Shown here: positions 11,975-25,031 of the stretch, piece after piece
How the letters are laid out: each line of letters begins with the position of its first letter
Numbering within the stretch: position 1 is the first letter of the stretch
Translations under genes and position numbers: made by a program
Origin: Prorocentrum cordatum
Taxonomy: Eukaryota
Direction: 5' to 3'
Length of the DNA: 54,314 bases
Assembly (NCBI GenBank): GCA_963575745.1
Contig: CAUYUJ010000250.1
Location: 62,001 to 116,314 of the forward strand
Notes under the pieces: generated by a model
Seen by the model: only the letters and a program-made list of their open reading frames with translations
What the model was told of the DNA's origin: nothing
Database searches by the model: none

Positions 11975-12570
11975 CGGCCAAAGAGGGCCCCGAGACACCC
12001 GAAGATCGGCCCAAGACGCCAAATCTGGGCCCAAGACTGCCCAAGACGCGTCCAAAACGCCCCCAGAGACCCCCAAGAGGCCTCCCAAGAGAGCCCCGAG
12101 AGGCTACAATTGTTGATTTTCCTGTGTGTTTTGATGTTTTTGGCCTTTTCGCTTTTCCCGCTTCCCGACGCTCCACAATGGCCCAAGAGGCTGCCTAGAC
12201 CGCCCCTGCACTGCCCAAGAGGCCCCCAAAAAGGCCCCAACACGGTCCAGGAGGGCTCCGAGACCGCCCACGAGGCGCCCGAGACAGCCCAAGAGGCACC
12301 CAAGACGGCCCAAGAAAGCACCAAGACGGCCCCAAGAGAAACCCAGGAGGGCGCCCAAAAATTCAAAAACTAAATTTTCCGCCGCGAGAGGGCCCCAAGA
12401 CGCCCGGAGAGAGCCCCGCGAGGCCCCAAGAGGCTCCCAAGAGGCCTCAAGGAGCCCCCAAGAGGCCCCCAAGAAGCCCCCAAAAGATCCCATGAACCCC
12501 AAAACACCCCCAAGAGGCTTCAAAACTGCCTCCAAGAGGGCCCCGAGAGGCGCACCACGAGATCCCAACA
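11975..12570. repeat. Degenerate short-unit satellite (gccc(c)aagag-type, ~10-21-bp units)
   Basis: Recurring cccaaga/ccccaagaggc motifs. Confidence 0.8.
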
Positions 12571-13273
12571 CAGCGGTCCCCCCCTCTCATTCCCCCTTCT
12601 CTTCGTCGTCGCCTTCGTCGTCGTCGTCGTTGTCGCATCAAATGGCGCAGCGAGGCCATTCTTCGTTCAAACCACCGAAGGACCCAAGAGCCCCTCCTCC
12701 TCCTCCTCTTCCTCATTCTCTTCCTCCTCTACCTCCTCCTCCTTCTCCTAATTCCCCGTGATGTTTCACGTTCCGCCCCGCCATAGGTCTAGCAGAAGCA
12801 TCTCTCCTCACTCTCCCAAGTCTCTGCTGCGGATTTCTTCCGCGACACCTCGGCTGTGCCCCGGATATCCACATAATCTGTCCTCTTCATCCTTTTCCTC
12901 CTCTTCATCCTCCTCCTCTTCCTCCTCCTCCTCCTTCTCCTCATCCTCTCCATGTTCCTCCTCCCTCCTCGACTGAGCTTCTCGCAACACTCAATACAAA
13001 CCGTCGGGGCCACGACACCATCTCATCCGGACGCGCTGTTGGCGCCCTTACCTACCTTACCGGAGAGGGCCGGCCGAATCCGAGGAGCCCCTGGGCGATT
13101 TCAAAACCTGCACCGCCTCTTGCACTACCTTCGGGCCCCCTTGGCGGCCTGGGAAAACACCGTTCCTAATTCGGGGGGTTCTCCCACCCTTTGCCGCTTG
13201 ACTCGCAGAGAGGCCGAGCGGCACCGCGCCGCGCCGCCAGGGATGGGGAGAATTGACACACACAAGAAGCAAG

Positions 13274-13432
<159 letters not shown>

Positions 13433-14296
13433 GAAGGGGGGAGAGGAAGAGGAGGAGGAACACGAGGAGGAGGAGTAGGAGGGGGAGGAGGAGGGAGAGG
13501 AGGAAAAGAAAAGGGCAAGGAGGAAGAGGAGATGACGGAAAGTAGTCTCATCCGCTTCGCCAGAGATATGCTCACAACTCCGACCTCAGAAGCGCCTTGC
13601 TTCGCATCGGTCCCGCCGTTTTCGCTTGAGACATCATCGCAGCTCTGGGGCCCGAGACACTCTCAGTTGAGGTGTTCCAGCCACTGTCGCCTGAGACACT
13701 CTCGCAAGTCTCACTTCGGAGGTGCCTTGCACCATGGTGGTTCGGCCACTTTCGCGCGCGACTTCTCGCACGTCTACGTTCAAGGATGCCCCGAGCAGAA
13801 GTGTTCAGACCACTCCTCGCTTGAAACTTCCCCGCGCGGCTGACTTCGGATATGCCCTCCCCTTAGCGGAGGTGTTGAAGCCATTTTCACCCCGGACGTC
13901 GTCGCAACACTGACCTCGGCGACGCACTGTCCCATGGTAGTCTGACCACGTTTGCCCGAGACCCTCGCGCCTTTTAGCGGCGCGATGATATGAGCAACTG
14001 GTCAGGCCACCACCGCCTGATATACGCATGTGCATGCGCACACACAGTTACACTGACCATTTGCACATGCATGTACATGCCCATACAAACGTATAATATA
14101 TGTACATATGTACGATGCATTCATAGACGCATGTGCGTGCGCATGCACGCACGCTCGCACTCCGCTAGCGTGCGAATTCCGAAGGACCAAGGTGCATGGC
14201 GCGCAGCGCCAATGCAGTCTTGTATATATATATATACATATATGTATATATGCATATATGTATATATGTATACATGTATACATATATATATATATA

Positions 14297-14418
14297 TAGA
14301 TCCGCTGCCCCCAGGCCAAGCCCATCCTGAAACCACGCGCGGCACACTCGCCACGCCCTCCTGGCTTGGCCAGGAGGAAGCACGCACAGCAGTGGATACG
14401 CAAAGATTTCGCTGCCCC
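14297..14418. repeat. Second, partly deleted copy of the 5448-5617 foldback element
   Basis: gatccgctgcccccaggccaagcccatcctgaaacc...cgccctcctggc-ttg-gccaggagg...gcagtggatacgcaaagatttcgctgcccc aligns with both arms and the loop of the first copy. Confidence 0.75.
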
Positions 14419-14549
14419 AGAGGGCACTCGCCCCCGCGAGCGCCGCGACCCAAGCCCCCGCCCCGAAACGACGACGGAGCACGGCGGAAACCGCGCCACA
14501 GCGCGAAGGCCCGCAGCGAGATATAAACCTCGCAGAAGAAGGAGGCCCA

Positions 14550-17500
14550 AATTGATGCCAGTGGATGAGTCTGGCCCGGAGGCCTGCTCGGAAAGCAGCG
14601 CCTTTCACTTGACCGAAGCTGGGGCAAATGAAATCAAGAGCGGCACGTCGACAGCACCTGAAGGTGGCGGACTAATTCGCGGCGCCGTTGGCGGCAGTGC
14701 AAAGCGCGACAGACGGCACTTCCCCATTCTGGTAAACTGTCAGGATTGCGCGCGGCTCGTCTGCACAAGGGGCGAGGTGGGCCCGTCGGCGCCGCTGACA
14801 CCCATGGCAAGGGCAACCACGATGCAACGAAGGGCCCCGTTGCACCTGATGCCCGCGGTGGCGGCCGAGATGGCAGTCAGCCCATCTGGCTAGTTCTAGC
14901 GCGCTCGGACCCCTTTCTTCAACGCGATGGCCCGCTCCCTCGCGCCCAGCAGAGGCGCGGGAGAATACTTCCGATGGCTCGTCTTTCCCGGCGACGCCGA
15001 TGAGGAACTCGAGCAGCGAATGCGCCGCGTCGATGAGCCAGCGGCGGGGGCATGTTCACCCGTCGTGGTCTTGGTTTCCTGAAGTAAAAAGGGACCTCGC
15101 CAAAGCGAGGCCCAGGTGGCCCGCAGGGTGACCCGCGCGGGGCCACCCCCGTGCCAAGGTTCATGATGATGCCGAGGGCGCAGACGACGCACGGTGACAG
15201 GCGAGGGCCACGGTTGCTGCTCCAGGGGGCCTACATCGCAGTTTGGGCCGAGCAGCCAAGCGTCGTCATCAGCGGACTCAATGTAGAATGAATATGGTTC
15301 CAGTGACTCGTCGCATGGTGGCGATTGCGGCACCGGCATGTTCACTGCCGCCTCGTCACCATCATAGGGTGGAGGGTTGTCGGCGAACTGTGGGATGCCA
15401 GCCGTGGAGGCAGTACCGGGACTTGGTGGACATCAGCGCAGTAGTTGACAGCGCCCCTGGCCGCGGGCCCGCTGGCCCCCCCGCCCCAAGTGGCCACTTG
15501 GAATGCTTTGTAGCGTTGCGGCAGTTCTGGCCGATCCGTGGCATTACCGCTCGCACGCGACCAGGCAGGCCCCATTGTCTGAGTTAGATAACCTGGCGGA
15601 AACGCGTCGTTCGCAAACTCTGGTTAGCTGGCATTGCGCAGGCTTTATCTTACAAAAAGGTAGTCGGCGGGCCCACTGCCGCGTCGCTGGTGGCGGGCCG
15701 GGGCAGTCATTGAGGGGCGCTGAAGATGTTCCACGGCGCGGTCTGTGCAAGCGCGCCCATGCTCTCGGAAGGCGTCGCTTTTCTGCCCGCGCGGTGGCCA
15801 GATCGCGGCGGCGTTGCGCGTTGGGCCCAGAAGGTTGTCTGCCAGCCGCTGCCTCATGCAGCCCCCGTGCCGTCGCGGCTTGCAGCTGCGACTGGCGAGC
15901 GCAACAACGCCAGGGTATTCGATGGGGTCGTCGGCGAGACATCCGTCTGCATCGGGGCCTTGGATGAGGTCGCCAGCGCCAGCGCCTCGTCTGCCTGTCA
16001 GCGCCTGGTTTGCTTCGTGGGCGGAGCTGGCGCATTTCCCGCGGCTGGCAACCGCCCCCCCTGTCGTTTGACTCGCCAGGTTCGGGCCGTCGCTCGCCTG
16101 AGCAATACTTCCGGCGGGGACTACGTCTGCCGCGCAGGAGCTCAGGCGAGACCGCGCGGGCGGCGCGGGCGATGCCAGCCGCCTTCGCCGGCGAAAGGAA
16201 GAGAGGAACAGCTTCAACTCCCAGGGGCACTGCGCGGAAGACGGCGCCGCTTCTGGACTGGCGCCCCGAGGGCGGGCGCTGGCGCGCAGCGACCCGGGCA
16301 GACGTCTGCGAGCCGAATGCCGCGGACGACGGCCGCGAGCAAGATGGGAAAACGCGGCAGCGAGAATCGCGGCCGAGACCCGGTCGGCGATGGCAGCTAG
16401 AAACAGAGCGCGCCCGGCAGAGCCCCAGCAACAGCAAACACTGCGCGCCTGCCCCTGCAGGAGACCGCGCAGAATGGAAACCCCTCTGTCCGATGTACCT
16501 CCACGGGGTGACGGGGGCCTGCCGAGGCCCCCTCTCAATGGCCGGCGGGGGGGGGGCGCGGGCCGCCCGATGCCCCCCGTTCGGGCGCGCGCGCCTCTCG
16601 TTCGGAAGGCTCTGAGCGGCCCTTGAGGGCTCGGGCGCTCTTAGCCGCCTGCGCGCGCCAGCTGCCGTCGACGCCCTCCACCCCGTCGCTCCGCGCGGGG
16701 CCGCGACGCCCGAAGCGCGGGATCCTCCTGCGCCCGGGCTGCCCAGCAGGCCCCCGGGGCTCGCCGCCCTTCGGGGGCCCGCGGGAGGCGGCGCCAGGTC
16801 TGGTGTTTGAACGGCAAGTGCGGCTCAGGATCGGGCCACTCCGGCGGAGGGGGGCCACGTGGCCCGCGATTGGCCCAGGTCCGCGTGCAGGCTGGACTGC
16901 TCTGTTTGGACAGCGCGGGCCCCTTGCTCGAGATGGTGGCAACGCTGCGCAGCCGACGGTAGTTTCGAAGTGCCCACCCGTCTCGGCGAGCTGCTGGCGG
17001 CCTGCTTCGAGCCCGCGGACCCGCGCGCCAGCCTGATCGGAGAGCCATGCCGCGCGCTGCTCGATGGCGGCCGGGGGCGGGGCGCCAGCGCCTTCGACGC
17101 CGTCGGCCCCACCCCCCATGTCGCAGCTGGCGGCGTCTTTTATGGCAAGGTGGATGTCGTCGATGGGCGGGGCGGCTTCCTTCTGGATACTGCCGGTTCA
17201 TTTGCAAGCACCCGCCTCGCTGGCGCCGCGCTGCTTTTTCCCTGGCGACGAGGTGCTCGGCGGCGACGGCGCTTTCGGGCCTGTGCGCGGTTTGAGCGGG
17301 CCTTTCAGGCAAGACCCGGAGACTGCCTTGCGCTTCTCCGCCGCGACGGTCTCTGGAGAAACGGTCGTGGCGACAAGGCGGTTTGATTGATCCGCCTCGG
17401 CTAGGGATTAAGCCTCCACCTTGACGATATGACGGCGGGCCCGCGCAGGTGGATCGCAAAATGCGATGGGCGACAGGCCGCATCGACAATGGCGAAGTCA

Positions 17501-19165
17501 ATCAAGGTGGCTTTGCCCCGGCCTGCGCGCTGAGCCTCGCAGCGCCACTGGATGGATGCGAGTAATACCTCCGTAACTTGCGTCTTGGTAGCGGTCTGCG
17601 GTTCAGCCCCTGCGACGCGGTACGTGGCGTTGGCCAGTGCGGCGTCGGCGCCGCGCACTTCGAGGGCCACTTGTCTCGCCTTCTGGGTGCCCGGCTTGAC
17701 CATGGCACCGACTCTTCTGTCCGCACTCACCGCTCCGAAGGCGTTGCGCTTGGCGGAGATCTGGCAGGCTTGCTGGAGCATGGTCTGGCGGCCGTCAGTG
17801 CACCGCGCGATGGCGTTGTCGCTGGGCTGGGGTCTGGGGCCCTTTCGGATCCGCGGTAGGTGACGTCGAATTGGATGCCCCCTTGGCCCCGGGCAGAAAG
17901 AACCAATGGGACATCTGCTGGCTTGATGCAGAAGGAAGCCGTTAGCCTTCGTTCCACTCAATTGTGCCATGGCGCCCTGGGAGCTCCATTGCTTCCTGGA
18001 CTTGAACGATACGGAAGTGGGACACAAGCACGGCCGCGAAGGCATCGGTGAGGTCGTCATCCGCCTGGATGCGCGCAGCGTCCCTCTTGGCCTGATCGGT
18101 GGCGTTCCTTAGCCTTCAACTGCGCCGTACCTAGTTCGTTTGGATAACGGTTGCCGCTGATGGGAGCAGTGCCTGAGATTTGGGCCGCGACTGTTTCCTC
18201 GAGCGCAAGTGCAACATCCATGGCGCCCGCCTCGCAAATGGCCCGGCGGATCCAGACGACGTTGTCGGCTAGATCAACTTCGAGCTGCACGATATTCTGA
18301 CAACATTCGACCTCTTCACGTCCAAATTGGTAAATGGTGCCTTGGATGTGGCCTGGCGAGGGCAAGGTCGATTCCACCGTGCGTTGTCGAAGTGGGATCA
18401 GTATTTCTCTTCCGTGGCAATTCGTGCTAATGGGCCCCATACCTGCGATGGCCAGAAGTTTGCCTTGAGTGCGGATCCGTTGGAGCAGGCGCCCGCCTTC
18501 CTCTAGCGTGTGTAATGAGATGATGCTGGCGCATGACGTGCCCTCACCGTCTCGTTCGGGTGCTGTGGTGGCGGGGACGCCCTAGGTCTGAGCATCAAAG
18601 CTGATGAGAGGGACCGCGCCGTTGCCCTGGTGGGCTTCGGCACCGACTATGGTCCCTGCTGGTGACGGACAACGGTATGAGGCCATTTTAGACGCGAGGT
18701 AATCATGCAGCACGGCATAACTGATATTACTCATCCCGCACAATCTCACTAGCTCGCCCCTGAGCTGTCGCTGGTTGGAACGGTGTTGCTGGTAATTGGT
18801 ATCGGGGTGGGCTTGGTGCTTGTGAGCGGGTTCGTTTCATGCAGCGACTGCTCGGTCGACGCCACCACTGTTCTGGAGTGCGGCAACGCGGGCTTCCTTT
18901 CGACTGAGGTGGGTGTCCTGCCGTCCTGTGAAGGTAGCCTTTTGGCGGGCGTTGCCTTGTAGCCTGAGCTGCCAGGATGCAGGGGGCGCACGGCGAGGAG
19001 AACGTTCGGAACCATGGCGCGCGCGCGGATACTGAAGGGTGAAGGACACGAATCAATCACACGCAGGGAGGACATCTCCAGTCCCGCGATGCGAACAATG
19101 GTAATGCTGAGCGTTTCGTGTCTTGGCTGCGAACTGGGTCAAAGATCCTCGAGCCGAGACCAGGA
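14550..19165 (-). mobile_element. Decayed second-family non-LTR element: long gag/ORF1-like region (~16900-19015) plus APE endonuclease remnant (~14700-15180)
   Basis: APE-like motifs occur in order on the minus strand: GIIMNLG, FLLQETK (15070-15090), ERAIALKKG, RWADC, AMGVSG. Upstream coding-like fragments 18057..18440 and 17401..18060 and a helical segment (AIEQRAAWLSDQ..RVRGLE) resemble dinoflagellate LINE ORF1s from memory. Many frameshifts. Confidence 0.5.
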
Positions 19166-19169
19166 GCGA

Positions 19170-19897
19170 GATTGGAATGGGAAGGGGGAGGAAGAGGACC
19201 AGGGTGAGGACGAGGAGGGCTAGGTGGACGACGAGGAGCAGAAGGAGAAGGAGAGGAGGAGGGAGAGGACGAGGAGAAGGAGATGGACAACGAGGATGAG
19301 ACGTAGAATGAGGAGGAGAAGTAGGAGGAGAAGGGAAGGGGGAGGAGGAGGGGCACGAGGAGGAGGAGCAGGAGGAGCAGCGAACGCGGGAGCAGAAGCA
19401 GCAGCAGGGCCTAAATGCCACCGCGCCCTCAGGCGGGCATCGCCCGCAGGCGCGCGAGCCCGCCGGCCCGCTCCTCGGGACAGGGGGGGATGCGAGAAAA
19501 GGTGGAGAAGAAGTGCATAAGAGAAGGAGGAGGAGGAGGAGGGGAAGGAGGAAAAGGAACAGAAGGAGGAGAAGAAGGAGACAGAGGGGAAGGAAGGTGA
19601 CGAGAGGGAGGGGAGAAGGAGGAGAAAGACGGAGGAGGGGGAGGAGGAGGTTGGAGGGAAAATCGATGAGGTCACAACGACTCCTGCCTCTATCTATCTG
19701 GATAGTATTCGGTTTACGTTCGGATAGCATACTTCGATATCTTGGGCTTGATCCCCGCAAGCCGTTGGAGGGAGGGAGGGTAATAGCGAGGAGGCGCCTC
19801 CTCCTCCTCCTGCTCCGCCTCCTCCTCCTCATCATCATCAGTATCACCATCACCATCACCATCACAATCACCATCATCATCATCATCATCATCATCC

Positions 19898-19942
<45 letters not shown>

Positions 19943-20005
19943 GCATCATCATCATCATCGTCATCATCAGCATCATCATCATCAGCATCATCATCGTCGT
20001 CATCG

Positions 20006-20037
<32 letters not shown>

Positions 20038-20274
20038 TCATCATCATCATCAGCAGCATCATTATGACCGATATCCCTCCCGACATCAACCCTCTCCTTG
20101 CCCCTCCCCCCCATCCTCATCCTCCTCCTCCTCCTGCTCTCCCTCCGTTTCGTTGTTCCCCTTCTCCTCATCATCCTCCTCATCATCATCATCGTCGTCA
20201 TCGTCATCAGCATCATCATCAGCAACAACAACGACGACGACGACAACAACAACGACAACACCAACAACAACAAT

Positions 20275-20309
<35 letters not shown>

Positions 20310-20318
20310 CGACGACGA
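19170..20318. repeat. Compound microsatellite block: (GGA)n, (CAT)n, (CAA)n/(CGA)n
   Basis: Directly visible. Confidence 0.9.
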
Positions 20319-22878
20319 TCAGTTTAAGATTGATCGCTCTTACTGGCACGCGTGTCTTGCATTCTTTATACCCAAACCCTCGATATCCGCCCACTTCGTC
20401 TTCGATTGCATCCCCCCTTCGGGGGGGAATATCTTCCTTGTCGGCCACTGGCTGAAGTCCTAGGAACTCTCGAGCGAGAGCGCCGTTCCTGAGTTCGGGG
20501 GCCTCTGGCCAGGGGTTCTCGGAAAACATATGGAGAAATATCGAACGGGAGCCCTTGTCGTTGTGGCTGGGCCTCCACCAAATTCCCTGAGTTACGGAAA
20601 AATCGCAAGCGAGAGCGCCACTCTTGAGTTCGGGGGCCTCTCTGGCAAGGGCCTTTGCGAGTACATCTCGAGGAAGTATCGAACGAAACCGCTTGTCGTC
20701 GTAGTTGGGCCTCCACCAGTTTGACTGAATCGCGAGAAAGTCTCGAGCGAGAGCGCCGTTCCTGAGTTTTGAGGCCTTCCTGGCCAGGGGCTCTCGGAGT
20801 AAATCGTGAGGAAGTATCGAGTAGAAGCCCGTGTCGTCGTGGCTGGGCCTCCGCCAACTTGATGGAATTGCAGGAAGTCTCGAGCGAGAGCGCCGTTCCT
20901 GAGTTCGGGGGCCTCTTTGGCCAGGGTGTCTGGGGGCAAATCGTAAGGAAGTATCGAGCGGGAGCCGTTGTCGTCGTAGCTGGGCCTCCAATAACCCACA
21001 TTTGCACTCAAGCCAACGCTCGAGCGAAAGCCTCGCTTTCAGAGAAAATGCAGCCGGCGTCAAAGCGAGAGCGCGCGGAACCGTTTCCGGAGATCAACTA
21101 GAATTTTCTTCCGACCTGGAAATTCAACAGCAACAACAACGACAACAGTAAGTTTAAGACTGTTCGCTCTCATCTGCTCGCGTGCCACTCAACACGTACA
21201 TCCCAAAAACCTCGATACCCGCCTTTTTCGTCTTCGATCGTACCCCCATTAAGGGCACATCTTTCTTACCTGCAACGTGTATTTCGCGCAGCCCCTAAGG
21301 CAAGGGAAGGGAGGACGGATGGAAGGAAAGGACAAGGGAAAGGGAGGAGGATGGAGCACGCGAGAGAGTAGCAGGAGGGGGGCTCGGAGCAGAAAACGCG
21401 TGGCAGGACCAAACAGGCGGATCGGGCGGGTAGACCCTGACGGGCGAGCCGGGAAGGAGGGCCCAGGCGGCCAGGTCGGGCAGGCGGCTTGCTGAAGCGT
21501 GCGTGGCGCATGGATCGCGAGGAAGTCTCGCGCGATAGCGCGACTCCCAAACAAATCGTGAGGAATCCATAGCGAGGGCTTGAGTCCTGACTGTGGAGGG
21601 CGCGGTGCCAGGCCCACGCGAGAGCGCGATTCCTGAATGAATTGTGAGGACGTCCCGCGCGAGAGCGCGATTTGGGAATACACTGTGAGGAAGTATCAGG
21701 CGGGAGCCGTTGTTGCTGTAACTCGGGAGCCACAGGCCCAATTTGGTGACCCCACGCTGCCCGCTGCAGAAAACAGCGTGCGAGCCCTGGAAGAGGCACT
21801 TCCAATGAAAAAACACCATGTGCCCCGGCGTGGGGATGAACAATAGTTATTCGTGAAACATGAAAATTCAACAGCAACAAATACAATTAGTTTAAGACTG
21901 TTCACTCTGAACTGCTCGCGTGCCACTCGGCACGTACATCCCCAACCCTCGATACCCGCCCTCTTCGTCTTCGACCGCACCCCTTTGGGGGTGTATCTTT
22001 CTTTCCTGCAACGTGTATTTCGTGCAACCCCTAAGGCAAGGGAAAGAGAGGACGGATGGAAGGAAGGGGCAAGGGGGAGGGAGGAGGAAGGAGCACGAGA
22101 GAGACTAGGATGGGGGGAGGCTAGGAGCAGAAAACACGTGGCAGAAACAAGCGGGCAGATCGGGCGGGTAGACCCTACCAGGCGGGTCGGGAAGGACGGC
22201 CCAGGCGGCCAGGTCGAGCAGGCGGGTTGCTGAAGCGTGCGTCCTCCAGGAATCGCGAGGAGCTTTCGAGCGACAGCTCGATTCCCAAATCAATCGTGAA
22301 GAAATCCATAGCGAGAGCGTCAGTCCTGAATGTCGAGGGCGCGGCGTGTGAATAAATCGCGAGAAGGCCCACGCGAGAGCGCGATTCCTGAATGAATTGT
22401 GAGGACGTCCCGCGCGAGAGCGCGATCTGGGAATAAATTGTGACGAAATATCAGACTGGAGCCATTGTTATTGTAGTTCGGGGGCCAACAACGCAGATTG
22501 AGGAGGAAGGCTTTCCCTGACAAAAAACCAAGTGCGAGCCCTGGGGAGGGCACTTCACTTGAAAAACACGTATGTTACCGGAGGGGGTATCAACAAAACG
22601 CATTTTTCAGCAATGAGAGTTCAGCAGCAACACCAACAACAACAATCATGTTAAGACTGTTCGCTCTTATCTGCTCGAGTGTCCGTTAACGCGTATTTCC
22701 CAAACCCTCAATACCCGCCCTTTTCGTCTTCGATCGTACACCTTTTGGGGGGTATACCTTTCTTCCGTGCAGGCTGGGCCCCGGCAAGCGGCGGGGCGGC
22801 CGCGGACCGTCGGCCTGGCCAGCGGCAGCGCTGATCGGCGGCAACCCGACTCCAAGAGGGACGGACAGGGGCCCGACC

Positions 22879-22913
<35 letters not shown>

Positions 22914-22959
22914 CGAAAGCGAGAGCGAGAGAGAGAATGACAGCAGGGCCACGAAGGGC

Positions 22960-23650
22960 ACGAAATAGGCCACGAAGGGCGACAGCGGGGACACGAAGTG
23001 AATGCGTATGGGGCCACGAAGAGCGCGAAAGAGCGGGGGCCACAAAGGGCAGGCCACACAAGGCAACGACGGGGCCACTGAGGGTAGCAACTGGGCTACG
23101 TAGGACAGCGAGGGGGCCACAAACGGCGACAGCGGGGCCACAAAGGGGATGCACATGGGGCCACGACGGGCGTGAACGAGCGGGGGCCACGAAGGGCATA
23201 CATAAATGGGGCCACGACGGGCAGCGAGGGGGCCACGAAGGGCTGCAACGGCGCCTAGAAGAGCAACGTGGGGGCCACGAGGGGCTGCAACGGGGCCACG
23301 AAGGGCAGCGAGGGGGCCACGAGGGGCTGCAACGAGGCCACGACGGGCAGCGAGGGGGCCACGAAGGGCTGCAACGGGGCCACGACGGGCAGCGAGGGGG
23401 CCACGAAGGGCTGCAACGGGGCCACGAAAGGCAGCGAGGGGGCCACGAAGGGCTGCAACGGGGCCACGAAGGGCAGCGAGGGGGCCACGAGGGGCTGCAA
23501 CGGGGCCACGAAGGGCAGCGAGGGGGCCACGAAGGGTTGCAACGGGGCCACGAAGGGCAGCGAGGGGGCCACGAGGGGCTGTAACGGGTCCACGAAGGGC
23601 AGCGAGGGGGCCACGAAGGGCATACATATATGGGACCACGAAGGGCAGCG
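22960..23650. repeat. 21-bp tandem repeat organised as an alternating 42-bp dimer
   Basis: ggggccacgaagggcagcgag alternates with ggggccacga(a/g)gggctgcaac over 23207-23620. Confidence 0.9.
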
Positions 23651-24014
23651 ATGCCCCGATTCCTAAGTAATATGTGAAGGAGTCCTAAGCGTGAGTGCGA
23701 CTCATGGGTGCCTGAGTGTCGGGAGCGCGGCGCCTGAGTAAATTGCAGGAAATTCCAACCCAATGGCGCTATTCTTAAGTAAATTGCAAGCAAATCTTCA
23801 ACGAAAGCGCGACTCCAGAGCGCCGAGAGAGCGATCCCTAAGTAAGTGTGAGGAATGCCCGCGCGAGAGCGCGATTGCTGAATAAAACGCGAGGAAGTCT
23901 CGGAAGTCTCAGGCGGGAGCGGGGGGCCTGGCTAAATCGTGAGAAGTACCAGGCGGGAGCCGTTGTTGTTATAACGCGGGGGCCAGGGGCACAGTTTGAG
24001 TCCCAAGACTTTCC

Positions 24015-24017
<3 letters not shown>

Positions 24018-24077
<60 letters not shown>

Positions 24078-24092
24078 ATGTATGTGTGTGTG

Positions 24093-24141
<49 letters not shown>

Positions 24142-24171
24142 AAAAAAAAAAAAAACAAAAAAAAAAAAAAA
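24018..24171. repeat. (TA)n plus poly(A) run
   Basis: Directly visible. Confidence 0.9.
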
Positions 24172-24752
24172 TGGTTCAAGCGCCAGGGGGGGCACTTCAA
24201 TTGAAAAAGCAATTTGCACCAGAGGGGGAATCAACAAGAATTAATATCAACCGTGAGAATTCCACATCACCACCACCACCAACAACAACAGCCACAACCA
24301 CAACCACAAAAACAACGACACGCACCTCAACCACAACAATATACAACATACAATATACATCATCGCCGTCGTCGTCATCATTATCATCGCCATCGTCGTC
24401 GTCACACTCGTCATCACCATATTCATCATCCACTTCATTCGCATCAGCATCATCATCATCACCAGCAGTAGCACCACTACCATCATCGTCACCATCGTCG
24501 TCATCGCCATCACCGTCCGTCATCGTCATCGTCACCACCGTCATCATCATAATCAGCATCAACGCCTGCCCACCAATCACCATCAAAAACAACACGCATA
24601 GTAAGACAGTCCGCTTGTATTCGCTCGCGCGCCACTCAACATGTAAACTCTAACTGCCGGCACCCGACCTATTCCGCCATGAACAAAGACCCTTGGAAGG
24701 ACTCGTTTTTGTCATGTCTGCCACTAAGCAATACCTGACAGGGCCACAAAAG

Positions 24753-25031
24753 CCCTCCTCCTCCTCCTCCTCCTCCTCCTCCTCCTCCTCCTCCTCCTCC
24801 TCCTCCTCCTCTTCCTCCTCCTCACCTCCTCTCCTTCTTTCCTCTCCTCATGTCCCTCCTCCTCCTCCTCCTCCTCCTCCTCCTCCTCCTCCTCCTCCTC
24901 CTCCTCCTCCCCCTCCTCCTCACCTCCTCCTCCTCCTCCTCCCTCCTCCTCCTCCTCCTCCTTTTCCTCCCCCCCCTCCCCCTCCTCCTCCTCTTCTTTC
25001 TCCTCATATTCCTCCTCCTCCTCCCCCTCCT
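24753..25031. repeat. (CCT)n microsatellite, 3' flank of the LINE; contains candidate TSD 25011-25030
   Basis: cctcctcctcctccccctcc matches 30409-30428 (ccccttcctcctccccctcc) at 18/20 positions, with the last 15 identical. Confidence 0.8.

Larger units (their letters stand above)
20320..24660 (+). repeat. Diverged ~740-830-bp macrosatellite or dispersed repeat (5 heads), with a 137-bp internal subrepeat
   Basis: The head ttaagac(t/a)gttcgctct…cccaaaccctcgatacccgcc..ttcgtcttcgatcg occurs at ~20323, 21152, 21892 and 22651, with a partial head at 24601. gcgagagcgccgttcctgag recurs every ~137 bp at 20470-21000. Confidence 0.85.

Noticed and set aside
12960..13270. Possible RT fragment (NSASG*DGV resembling SAPGPDG)
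   Set aside because: A single weak motif with no other RT motifs in order.
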